Shown piece by piece: positions 28,925-39,180 of a stretch of DNA of 53,433 bases (position 1 is the first letter of the stretch; the number at the start of each line of letters is the position of its first letter). Below the pieces are notes generated by a model. The model searched no databases, was not told where the DNA came from, and saw only the letters and a list, made by a program, of their open reading frames with translations. The position numbers and the translations under genes are program-made. Source of the DNA: Eubacteriales bacterium (GTDB taxonomy: Bacteria; Bacillota; Clostridia; Oscillospirales; CAG-382). The DNA lies in assembly GCA_045646465.1 (NCBI GenBank), contig JAZRKT010000032.1, positions 1-53,433 on the forward strand. Reading direction: 5' to 3'.

Positions 28925-29791
28925 ATGAAAAATTTACCTTTCAGCCTTGATCTTGAAGGCAAAGTTGTAGTAGTAACAGGCGCTGGTGGAGTACTTTGTT
29001 CCGGCTTCGCAAAGACAGCAGCAGCCTGCAATGCAAAAGTTGCGGTGCTCGACCTCAGCCTCGAGGCAGCACAGAAAGTCGCAGACGAAATCGTTGCCGA
29101 CGGCGGCGTAGCAATTGCAGTCAAGGCAAACGTACTTGACAAAGCTTGTATGGAAGAAGCAAAGGCAGAAATCGACGCAAAGTTGGGCTCTTGCGACATT
29201 CTCATTAACGGCGCAGGCGGAAACAACCCTAAGGGCTCAACCTCCAAGGATTACCTTGAAGAAGCAGACCTTGAAAACATTGCCGAGGAATCAGGCATCA
29301 AAACATTCTTTGACCTTGACCCCGACGGAATTTCCTTTGTATTCAACCTCAATTTCCTTGGCACACTTATTCCTACGCAAGTATTTGCAAAGGATATGGC
29401 AAACAAGACCGGCACAAGCATCATCAACGTTTCGTCAATGAACGCTTTCCGTCCCCTTACAAGAATTCCTGCATACAGCGGTGCCAAGGCGGCAGTTTCC
29501 AACTTTACACAGTGGCTTGCAGTTCACTTCTCTAAGGTCGGCATCCGTGTTAACGCCATCGCTCCCGGCTTTTTCTGCACAAACCAGAACCGCGCACTTC
29601 TCTTCAATCCCGACGGGACACCTTCCGCACGTGCAGACAAAATCCTTGCACACACACCCATGGGTCGCTTCGGTGTGCCCGAAGACCTTGACGGCGCACT
29701 TCAGTTCCTCCTTAACGAACAGGCTTCAGGCTTCGTTAACGGCGTGGTACTTCCTGTAGACGGCGGCTTTGCTGCTTATTCGGGAGTATAA
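28925..29791 (+). CDS. SDR family oxidoreductase (UxuB/YjmF-like)
   Basis: TGAGGVLC Rossmann motif, NGAGG, catalytic YSGAK, RBS AAGGAGA. Confidence 0.85.
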   Translation: MKNLPFSLDLEGKVVVVTGAGGVLCSGFAKTAAACNAKVAVLDLSLEAAQKVADEIVADGGVAIAVKANVLDKACMEEAKAEIDAKLGSCDILINGAGGNNPKGSTSKDYLEEADLENIAEESGIKTFFDLDPDGISFVFNLNFLGTLIPTQVFAKDMANKTGTSIINVSSMNAFRPLTRIPAYSGAKAAVSNFTQWLAVHFSKVGIRVNAIAPGFFCTNQNRALLFNPDGTPSARADKILAHTPMGRFGVPEDLDGALQFLLNEQASGFVNGVVLPVDGGFAAYSGV

Positions 29792-29828
29792 TTTATCTTT
29801 TTTCCTTATAAAAGCAATCAAATATTCA

Positions 29829-29868
29829 AAGGGCTTGTATCGTTTATTTTGATACAAGCCCTTGTTTT
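29829..29868. terminator. Bidirectional terminator between the convergent SDR and WYL genes
   Basis: Perfect 13-bp stem AAGGGCTTGTATC / GATACAAGCCCTT, with an A-run on the 5' side and GTTTTATTA on the 3' side. Confidence 0.75.
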
Positions 29869-29869
29869 A

Positions 29870-30865
29870 TTATCTGCTATAATTTTCAATTACTTTACAG
29901 CAATATTCTTTGAATTGCAGCTTGATATCTGCAGGCGTTTCAATTTTCACCTTATCCCCAAAGGAAAACAGCCATCCGAAGAAGTTGGGGCTTACCACAA
30001 CATCGCAATAAACGTACACCTTGCCCTCGTTATCGCTCTGTCTCATAAAAACATCCTTACCGAAGCGGTCAATAACAACCCCGCACAGCGACTTGTCAAA
30101 TTCAAGGCACACCTTGCACGTCTTACCGCCGAACATATTGAACACCTTGCCCGAATAGGTTGAAACATCAGTCTCTTCAAATTCCTTCCTACCCAGCCTT
30201 ATGCCGTCGCACAGCGATATTTCAAGCATTTTGTCAACTCTGTAGTGCTTTATTATTTTGTCCTTTTGGTCATAGGCAATAAGGTAGTAGTTTTCGTCAT
30301 CCCAGTTGAGAACATAAGGACTGACTTTGTACATTTCACCGCCGTGACGCAGAACTCTTTCCTTATTTTCATTGTAATCAAAGTACTTGAATTCTATAGG
30401 CTTATTTCCTGCAATAGCTGTATGAATTTTATCCACATTGTAGTAGATGCTTTCGTTCATACTCTTTATTCTGCCCGTTATGGTAACCTGTCTTGACAGC
30501 TCTGCCGCCTCGTGAATACTGCAAAGGCTCTCAAGCTTTCTCATAAGCTCACGGGATTTTTTATCGGTAATAAACTTTGCCACCTGCACCGCATCAACGA
30601 GCAGCTTCAGTTCTGACACCTGAAAAAGCCTGTCAGCAACATAATAGCCTGTTCCGTCCTTGGTTTTCTGCGTCATAACCTCCGTTCCGAAGGTACGAAG
30701 CTGTTCAAAGTCATCGTAAAGACTCTTTCTTTCGGCGGAAATGCCGAGATTTTCAAGATAGGCAATAATATCATTCATTGATGAGGTATGATTTTCATCG
30801 GTATTTTCAAGAAAATACCTGTTTAGATGCAAAAGCTTAAGCTTTTGTCCCGATTTCTTAGCCAC
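29870..30865 (-). CDS. HTH + WYL domain transcriptional regulator
   Basis: N-terminal wHTH (SMNDIIAYLENLGISAERKSLYDDFEQL), WYL core (NYYLIAYDQKDKIIKHYRVDKM) and a C-terminal WCX-like region. The start is set at GTG 30865 (AGAGGGA 5 nt upstream). The upstream part of the track ORF is hydrophobic junk. Confidence 0.75.
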   Translation of the reverse strand: MAKKSGQKLKLLHLNRYFLENTDENHTSSMNDIIAYLENLGISAERKSLYDDFEQLRTFGTEVMTQKTKDGTGYYVADRLFQVSELKLLVDAVQVAKFITDKKSRELMRKLESLCSIHEAAELSRQVTITGRIKSMNESIYYNVDKIHTAIAGNKPIEFKYFDYNENKERVLRHGGEMYKVSPYVLNWDDENYYLIAYDQKDKIIKHYRVDKMLEISLCDGIRLGRKEFEETDVSTYSGKVFNMFGGKTCKVCLEFDKSLCGVVIDRFGKDVFMRQSDNEGKVYVYCDVVVSPNFFGWLFSFGDKVKIETPADIKLQFKEYCCKVIENYSR

Positions 30866-30987
30866 AGCAATCCCTCTTTTCTGTTTGTTATAAAGGATAA
30901 AATGAAATTTTTGCTTTGTATGAATAATAGCCTCATAGATTGAGAAAAATATGGTATGAGTCCAATGAAATGAAAGGAAAGATATAT

Positions 30988-31806
30988 ATGTCAAAGAGAA
31001 GTTCAGATTCAGGAAAGAAAACCCTCAGAAAGCAGCTAATCAGTGGCGGAGTATACGTCGCACTGTCAGCCGTCGCCGTTGCCGTTACGGTAAACACCGC
31101 AGTTTCAATGTTATCCCCAAAAGACAGCCTTGAAAATCTCGGCGACAACCTCGAAAACGTAAAAATCGACATTCCTCAGGTGCCCGAAGATTTCGCCATA
31201 CCCGAAATATCAGATATCTTACCCCAAACGCCGTCAGACAGCAATTATCCCGTGTCGTTATTACCGTCGGGCGTGGATTCGTCAATAGTAAATGACACCG
31301 AAAGCCCTGAAAGCCCAGAGCTTACAGATGCTTCTCAGGCAGAACCTGTACCCGACATTTCAGAGCTTTCCTCAAACACTGATTTAGGAGAGGACGTCTT
31401 CATTAAGCCCTGCGACGGATTTATAACCGTTGGACACTCTGTAGATATACCTGTATACTCCACCACCCTCGGCGACTACCGCACTCATTGCGGTGTTGAC
31501 ATCGCCGTAGACAAGGGCGCGCTTGTAAAAGCAGCAAAGGGTGGTGTTATAACAAAAATCTACGAGGATGACCTTTTTGGAAACTGTGTCCGCCTTGAAA
31601 CGCCCGACGGCTTTGCCCTTGTGTATGCCAACCTTTCTTCACCCCTTGCTGAAGGCGTGCAGGAAGGTCTTGCCGTAAGTGTGGGAACGGTGCTTGGCGG
31701 AACAGGCGAGGGAGCGATTGTCGAAAGTGCCCAGGAAAGCCATTTGCACTTTGAGCTTTACAAGGATGGTGTCAGCGTAAATCCCGAAGATTATATTGAT
31801 TTTTAA
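30988..31806 (+). CDS. Membrane-anchored M23/LytM family peptidase
   Basis: N-terminal TM (GGVYVALSAVAVAVTV), an acidic/proline-rich linker and C-terminal HCGVD...SHLHFE. The start is set at MSKRSS (30988). Confidence 0.8.
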   Translation: MSKRSSDSGKKTLRKQLISGGVYVALSAVAVAVTVNTAVSMLSPKDSLENLGDNLENVKIDIPQVPEDFAIPEISDILPQTPSDSNYPVSLLPSGVDSSIVNDTESPESPELTDASQAEPVPDISELSSNTDLGEDVFIKPCDGFITVGHSVDIPVYSTTLGDYRTHCGVDIAVDKGALVKAAKGGVITKIYEDDLFGNCVRLETPDGFALVYANLSSPLAEGVQEGLAVSVGTVLGGTGEGAIVESAQESHLHFELYKDGVSVNPEDYIDF

Positions 31807-31819
31807 AGCCGAAAATTGC

Positions 31820-32374
31820 TTATTTGTCGTATCTTTCCACGGCGATAATAAAGGGAGCATCGGGGGAGTTGATAATACGAAGATGTGTCACGCAATATTC
31901 AAACCTTGTCAGCTTTGACAGCTCCTCCAACAGCATCTGACCTTCAAGACAGCCTTCCTCATGGCCGGGATATACATTTATCACAAGCACGCCGCCCTTT
32001 TGCAAAAGGGAAATTGCACCGTTTATGGCAGGCATAGTGCTTTCGCGCATAGTGTGTATGGTCTTGTCTCCGCCGGGAAGATAACCCAGGTTAAACATTC
32101 CCGCCTTTATGGGCTCTTTTATGTATTCAAGCACCTTTGCGTGGCTGTCGTGGACGATAACTGCATTATCAAGTCCTGCCTCAGCAAGGCGCCTTTTTGT
32201 GTTTTCCACTGCCTGTGTCTGAATGTCGAAGGCATAAACCTTTCCATTCGGCACCTTCCTGCAAAGATACTCGGTGTCGTAGCCGTTACCCATAGTAAAG
32301 TCGGCAACCACATCGTTTTCCTTTATCCCGCTTGCTTCAAGAAAGCCCTTTGAAACGTCAAGCAACTGATACAT
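31820..32374 (-). CDS. Class I SAM-dependent methyltransferase, YtqB/MnmM-like (putative rRNA/tRNA methylase family)
   Basis: DFTMGNGYDT SAM motif and FDIQ. 184 aa counting from MYQLLD (32374), which has GGAGGAA upstream. Confidence 0.7.
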   Translation of the reverse strand: MYQLLDVSKGFLEASGIKENDVVADFTMGNGYDTEYLCRKVPNGKVYAFDIQTQAVENTKRRLAEAGLDNAVIVHDSHAKVLEYIKEPIKAGMFNLGYLPGGDKTIHTMRESTMPAINGAISLLQKGGVLVINVYPGHEEGCLEGQMLLEELSKLTRFEYCVTHLRIINSPDAPFIIAVERYDK

Positions 32375-32478
32375 TTTTATTCCTCCAAAACTTATTTCCT
32401 CATTATTGTACCACACTTTTTCTCCTTTTGGAATACCTATTTTCAATTTTCTTTCAAAAAACGGAGGTGTCTGATAAA

Positions 32479-34098
32479 GTGCTGTGCCACAGGCGTGCCG
32501 TCATCCTTTATTGTGCAATACTGCTTTTTCTGTGGCTGCTGTGTCTGCGTCTTTACGTTCTGTCGCAAGGCAACCACACCGCAATGACGGTGCTTGACGG
32601 TCAGTATTCCTCACGTCTTGACATCGCTCAAAGAAGCGGTTTTATATACGACAGATACGTCGAGCTGCTTTCTCACGATTTGTATACAGGTATACTAACG
32701 GTCAATCCGTCACAATTAAGTAATTACAGGCAGGCATCAGAAGAAATATCCCGTGTTTCGCTTGTGCTTGACCAATCGGATATTGAGGATAAGCTTTATA
32801 ATGGCGTACCCTTCAATATCACAGTTAACACAGGACAGGAAGCAAAAGAGCTTGATGAAAAATACGACGGCATATACTACAATGACCTGTACACCGAAAA
32901 CACCTCAAATGCTCCTCATCTGTTGGGCTACAGCCGCGAAAATCAAGGCGTTACGGGAATGCGACTGTACTGTAACGACCTTCTGTACGGCACTCTCTTT
33001 TCAAAATGCTCGGCAGCCTTCGGCTCAAACGGGTTAAATATGAGTATGTCGCCTCTTGCCGTAAACGACACCTCCTACAAGTCCCGTGACGGCATAGTGA
33101 CAACCCTCGATAAGGAGCTTCAGCTCTTTTGCAACAGCCTTGAGGAAGATGTAAAAAGCGGAGCTGTCATTGTTTCGGATATGGAGACGGGCGAAATTCT
33201 TGCGCTGTCAAGCTTTCCGTCCTATGATGCAGACCGTCTTGAAGAGTATCTAACATCCAACAGAGGCGAGCTTATAAACAAAGCTGTATGTTCATATACG
33301 CCGGGCTCTGTATTCAAGATTATCGTTTCCGCCGCCGCACTTGAAGAGTCGCCCGCCTACGCCTCTTTTATCCACGACTGTAAGGGCAGTATACAGGCAG
33401 ACAGCAATACCTTTCGCTGTCATAAGACAGCAGGTCATGGAGAGCTTGATATGAAGGGAGCCTTTGCCAATTCCTGCAACTGCTACTATGTGGCATTGGC
33501 AGAGCAAATCGGCATAGACAGCATTGATCGTATCTGCCGAAAGGCGGGGCTGTACGAGATGGCAAAAGCCGATTTTCTCACCGAGGCAACGGCAGATTTT
33601 CCTGTATTCAGAAAAGATGACAGTGGGTTTCTGGCAAATATATCCTTTGGACAGGGAGAGCTTTTGCTGTCGCCTCTTGATATGATAAATATAACAGCCT
33701 GCGCCGTCAGCGGATATCGCACACCTCTAAAACTAATCGGCGGACAAATCAAACACGGCAAGGGAGAATATTATACCCATAGCGAAAAACACCGCATATT
33801 TTCGGATAAAACTGTACAATTGCTTGTAAGTATGATGGAAGAATGTGTAAATAACGGTACGGGAATGTCCGCAAAAATCGAAGGAGCAATCACGGGCGGC
33901 AAGACGGCAACAGCACAAACGGGACGAAAAAACGGAAATGGCGTCGAATATGTGCACAAATGGTTCTGCGGATTTTACAGAGGCACCGACAAAACCTATA
34001 TTTTCTGCATTTTGTGCGATAATACAAGTGAAAATAATTTATCGCCTGCTGTCGTTTCATCGCGTATCTGCCGTTTTTTAAAGGAAAATCTGTACTGA
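32479..34098 (+). CDS. Class B penicillin-binding protein (PBP2/SpoVD-like transpeptidase)
   Basis: N-terminal TM, SxxK (GSVFK), SxN (NSCN) and a KTA variant of the KTG box (GGKTATAQ). The start is set at GTG 32479, 9 nt after GGAGGTG. Confidence 0.85.
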   Translation: MLCHRRAVILYCAILLFLWLLCLRLYVLSQGNHTAMTVLDGQYSSRLDIAQRSGFIYDRYVELLSHDLYTGILTVNPSQLSNYRQASEEISRVSLVLDQSDIEDKLYNGVPFNITVNTGQEAKELDEKYDGIYYNDLYTENTSNAPHLLGYSRENQGVTGMRLYCNDLLYGTLFSKCSAAFGSNGLNMSMSPLAVNDTSYKSRDGIVTTLDKELQLFCNSLEEDVKSGAVIVSDMETGEILALSSFPSYDADRLEEYLTSNRGELINKAVCSYTPGSVFKIIVSAAALEESPAYASFIHDCKGSIQADSNTFRCHKTAGHGELDMKGAFANSCNCYYVALAEQIGIDSIDRICRKAGLYEMAKADFLTEATADFPVFRKDDSGFLANISFGQGELLLSPLDMINITACAVSGYRTPLKLIGGQIKHGKGEYYTHSEKHRIFSDKTVQLLVSMMEECVNNGTGMSAKIEGAITGGKTATAQTGRKNGNGVEYVHKWFCGFYRGTDKTYIFCILCDNTSENNLSPAVVSSRICRFLKENLY

Positions 34099-34325
34099 CA
34101 GGGGGCACTTATGTGACGTCATACGACAAAAAAACACCGCCATTTCCATTGTTTTACAGCCTTTTTATAACCTTTTAAATACCTTTTTGTGACATTGTTA
34201 ACATTTTTTGACCTGAATTTACATCAAATGCGTGCAAATGCTAAACTGTCCTCGCCGATTCAATCCCCACGGCAGACACAGCAACTGACAACAATGAAAT
34301 TATCATCATAGAAAGGCTGAAAAAA

Positions 34326-35138
34326 ATGGACACAAACAAAACCATCGTTATCGCAGACGCATCTGCGGAATTCAGAATCGGGCTTAAAAGCTTTCTCGCC
34401 AAAAGAGGCTATCGCATCGTGGGCGACTGCCAGGACGGATGCGAAGCAGTACGCATTATTGAGGAAACAAAGCCCGATGCCGTAATACTTGACATCCTTC
34501 TTCCGAGGCTTGACGGAATAGAGGTTATGAACGAAATGAGAGCTCGCCTTGCATCAAGCTGTCCGGTATTTCTTGTAGTTACGGCAATAAGCAACAACAA
34601 AATGCTGTCTGAGGCGGCAGAGGCAGGTGCAGGCTACTGTATTATTAAACCCTGCGAATATTCAGCGCTGTCAAACCGACTTGAAAGTGCGCTGAAGCAG
34701 ACAAGCTCCACCGAAAGCACGGAGAAAAGCGTAAGCGCCTCAGCCGAGCCTGACCCCGAGGTAGAGCTTGAAACTCTTGTCACCAAAATCATTCATCAGA
34801 TAGGAGTTCCCGCCCACATCAAAGGCTACCAATATCTTCGCACCGCAATTATTATGACAATGCACGACACCGAGCTTATAAACTCCATCACAAAGCAGCT
34901 GTATCCCGGTGTTGCCAAAAAGTACGGCACTACCGCTTCCCGTGTTGAGCGTGCCATAAGACACGCAATTGAGGTAGCCTGGGACAGAGGCGACGTTGAT
35001 ACCATAAATTCATACTTCGGATATACCGTACAAAGTGCAAGAGGAAAGCCCACAAACTCGGAGTTTATAGCACTTGTCGCCGACAATCTTCGCCTTCGCT
35101 TTTTGGAAAACAAGCCCGTTTTGTCAAGAGTTATATAG
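34326..35138 (+). CDS. spo0A: Sporulation master regulator Spo0A
   Basis: Receiver domain ([14 protein letters not shown]) plus the Spo0A-specific C-terminal domain ([20 protein letters not shown]...[18 protein letters not shown]). Confidence 0.95.
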   Translation: MDTNKTIVIADASAEFRIGLKSFLAKRGYRIVGDCQDGCEAVRIIEETKPDAVILDILLPRLDGIEVMNEMRARLASSCPVFLVVTAISNNKMLSEAAEAGAGYCIIKPCEYSALSNRLESALKQTSSTESTEKSVSASAEPDPEVELETLVTKIIHQIGVPAHIKGYQYLRTAIIMTMHDTELINSITKQLYPGVAKKYGTTASRVERAIRHAIEVAWDRGDVDTINSYFGYTVQSARGKPTNSEFIALVADNLRLRFLENKPVLSRVI

Positions 35139-35170
35139 AAAATCACAGCAATCAGGTAAAAAATCACCTC

Positions 35171-35199
35171 TTGACAAATCAAAAAACAGGGTGTATAAT
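35171..35199 (+). promoter_or_regulatory. SigA-type promoter of the thrS leader
   Basis: TTGACA (35171-35176), a 17-nt spacer, then TATAAT (35194-35199). Confidence 0.75.
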
Positions 35200-35204
35200 A
35201 ACCT

Positions 35205-35470
35205 CAAATAAAGCAAATACAGACACAGACGCCAAGAAGGAACACGGTCGGAGCAAGCACCGAAAGAGAGCTGTACATACGGTGAAAGTACGGCGCAAAA
35301 ACCGATCTCACCACCCTTTGAGTTTTTCCGAGGTAACAATCGGAGACGGATTGCCCCGTTACAGGCATCAAAGATGCACCTTTTCGGTGTAACCATGGGT
35401 GGAACCGTGGCAATTCCAGTATTGTCGCCCCGTGCCGATAAATTTCGGTATGGGGCTTTTTTTGTTTTTT
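35205..35470 (+). promoter_or_regulatory. T-box riboswitch leader (threonine specifier) with terminator
   Basis: T-box sequence AACCATGGGTGGAACCGTGG (35391-35410). Stem I elements are AGAGAG and GGTGAAAGTA. The candidate ACC specifier followed by A is at 35310-35313. The terminator GCCCCGTGCCGATAAATTTCGGTATGGGGC plus a T-run lies at 35427-35470. Confidence 0.9.
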
Positions 35471-35502
35471 AAAATTTTATTATACATTCGGAGGACAAAA
35501 CT

Positions 35503-37440
35503 ATGTTAAAAATGACACTTCCCGACGGAAATATTCTAGAAATCGAAAACGGCTGTAAAGGCTATGAAGCAGCTGCAAAAATCAGCGAGGGGCTTTCGCG
35601 CGCAGCTCTTGCAATGAAGCTTGACGGAGTTCTTTGCGAAATCAATACTCCCATCGAAAAGGACGCAAAGCTTGAATTTGTAACCTTTAATGACGAGGAC
35701 GGAAAGAAGGTTTACAGACATACAGCGGCACATGTTCTTGCGCAGGCAGTAAAGCGTCTTTATCCCGATGCAGTTCTTGCCTTCGGTCCCGCAACAGATG
35801 AAGGCTTCTTCTACGATGTTGACGTAAACGTTTCAATTACCCCTGAGGTGCTTGAAAAAATCGAAGGCGAAATGAAGAAGATTATCAAGGAAAACATTCC
35901 CGTTGCAAGAAGCGAGGTTTCGAAAGAAGAAGCAAAGGCTATTATGACGGAAAGAAAAGAAGTATACAAGGTTGAGCACGTTGACGACCTTGAGGACGGT
36001 GCAACAATTACCCTTTACACTCAGGGCGAATTTGTTGACCTCTGTGCAGGACCTCACCTTACAAGCACAGGAAAATTAAAAGCAGTAAAGCTCACTCAGT
36101 GCACAGGCGCATATCTTCACGGCGACTCCAAGAACAAGATGCTCCAGAGAATTTACGGCACTGCATTCCCCAAGAATACAGACCTTGAAGAATACCTTAC
36201 AATGAAGGAGGAAGCAAAAAAGAGAGATCACAATAAGCTTGGACGTGAGCTTGAAATTTTCACCACCGTTGACACCATCGGTCAGGGTCTTCCCGTTATG
36301 CTTCCCAAGGGTACAAAGATTATCCAGACTCTTCAGAGATGGGTTGAAGACACCGAAGAAGAGCTCGGCTGGGTAAGAACAAAGACTCCTTTAATGGCTA
36401 AGAGCGACCTTTACAAAATTTCAGGTCACTGGGATCACTACAAGGAAGGTATGTTCGTACTGGGCGAAGAAGAGGACGGTAAGGAATGCTTTGCTCTTCG
36501 TCCTATGACATGCCCCTTCCAGTATCAGGCATATCTTAACAGAGCACGCTCGTACAGAGACCTTCCTATGAGACTTGCAGAAACAAGTACCCTATTCAGA
36601 AACGAAGACAGCGGCGAAATGCACGGTCTTATCAGAGTACGTCAGTTCACCATTTCCGAAGGTCACCTCATGTGTACTCCCGAACAGCTTGAAGATGAAT
36701 TCCGCGGCTGTCTTGAGGTTGCTATTATGATGCTCAAGACTCTCGGCCTCTACGAGGACGTTTCCTACAGATTCTCCCAGTGGGATCCCGATAACAAGGA
36801 AAAGTACATCGGCACAGAAGCCGATTGGGATGAAGCTCAGGGTATGATGAAGAAGATTCTCGACAACATTGGTCTTGACTATAAAATCGGTATCGGCGAA
36901 GCGGCATTCTACGGCCCCAAGCTTGATATTCAGATAAAGAACGTTCACGGCAAGGAAGATACGCTTATTACAATTCAGATTGACCAGTTCAACGCTGAAA
37001 AGTTTGGTATGGAATACGTTGACAAGGACGGCGCAAAGAAGCGTCCCTACATCATCCACAGAACAAGCATCGGATGCTATGAAAGAACTCTTGCTCTTCT
37101 TATTGAAAAGTACGCAGGTGCGTTCCCCACATGGCTTGCTCCCACACAGGTTAAAATCCTTCCCATCAGCGATAATCAGCTTGAATACGCCAAGGGAGTT
37201 ATGGCAAAGCTTAAGGCATACGGCATAAGATGCGAGCTTGACGACAGAAACGAAAAAATCGGTTACAAAATCCGCGAAGCTCAGCTCGATAAGGCCCCTT
37301 ATATGCTTGTTATCGGCGATAAGGAAATGGAAGCAGGCGCAGTTGCGGTACGTTCACGCAAGAACGGCGATATGGGCGCAGTTGCTTTTGATAAGTTCCT
37401 TGCAGATATAAACGAAGAAATCGCAACAAAGGCTCTTTAA
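35503..37440 (+). CDS. thrS: Threonine--tRNA ligase
   Basis: 645 aa with a TGS N-terminus, an editing domain (HTAAHVLAQAV), class II motifs and an anticodon-binding C-terminus. Confidence 0.95.
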   Translation: MLKMTLPDGNILEIENGCKGYEAAAKISEGLSRAALAMKLDGVLCEINTPIEKDAKLEFVTFNDEDGKKVYRHTAAHVLAQAVKRLYPDAVLAFGPATDEGFFYDVDVNVSITPEVLEKIEGEMKKIIKENIPVARSEVSKEEAKAIMTERKEVYKVEHVDDLEDGATITLYTQGEFVDLCAGPHLTSTGKLKAVKLTQCTGAYLHGDSKNKMLQRIYGTAFPKNTDLEEYLTMKEEAKKRDHNKLGRELEIFTTVDTIGQGLPVMLPKGTKIIQTLQRWVEDTEEELGWVRTKTPLMAKSDLYKISGHWDHYKEGMFVLGEEEDGKECFALRPMTCPFQYQAYLNRARSYRDLPMRLAETSTLFRNEDSGEMHGLIRVRQFTISEGHLMCTPEQLEDEFRGCLEVAIMMLKTLGLYEDVSYRFSQWDPDNKEKYIGTEADWDEAQGMMKKILDNIGLDYKIGIGEAAFYGPKLDIQIKNVHGKEDTLITIQIDQFNAEKFGMEYVDKDGAKKRPYIIHRTSIGCYERTLALLIEKYAGAFPTWLAPTQVKILPISDNQLEYAKGVMAKLKAYGIRCELDDRNEKIGYKIREAQLDKAPYMLVIGDKEMEAGAVAVRSRKNGDMGAVAFDKFLADINEEIATKAL

Positions 37441-37460
37441 GATACACTTTATATGTTTTC

Positions 37461-37503
37461 GCTGTCTTTGCTCAAAAAGAGCAAAGACAGCTTTTGTTAT
37501 TTT
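37461..37503 (+). terminator. Rho-independent terminator after thrS
   Basis: Perfect 13-bp stem GCTGTCTTTGCTC / GAGCAAAGACAGC followed by TTTTGTTATTTT. Confidence 0.9.
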
Positions 37504-37589
37504 GTCAATAAAACACCGCCACAAAAAGCAAAGCCTTGCATCAGCTCATAAAGCATTCCAAAAAGAAAACAAAAAAGAGAAAATATATC

Positions 37590-37618
37590 TTGACGAAAAT
37601 AAAAAATTATAGTATAAT
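37590..37618 (+). promoter_or_regulatory. SigA-type promoter of guaB
   Basis: TTGACG (37590-37595), a 17-nt spacer, then TATAAT (37613-37618). Confidence 0.7.
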
Positions 37619-37644
37619 ACATTAAAATACGGAAACTATTATAA

Positions 37645-39141
<1,497 letters not shown>

Positions 39142-39180
39142 ATTTCCGACAATTTAATTTAACCCAAGGAGGCGTAAGAT

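Noticed and set aside
30429-30437. A third perfect DnaA box (TTATCCACA), followed by TAGTAG, inside the WYL regulator gene near the polarity switch.
   Set aside because: It is a single isolated 9-mer, and about 0.4 perfect boxes are expected by chance in this window. It codes for Val-Asp-Lys on the gene strand. There are no neighbouring boxes with two or fewer mismatches and no adjacent AT-rich unwinding element.
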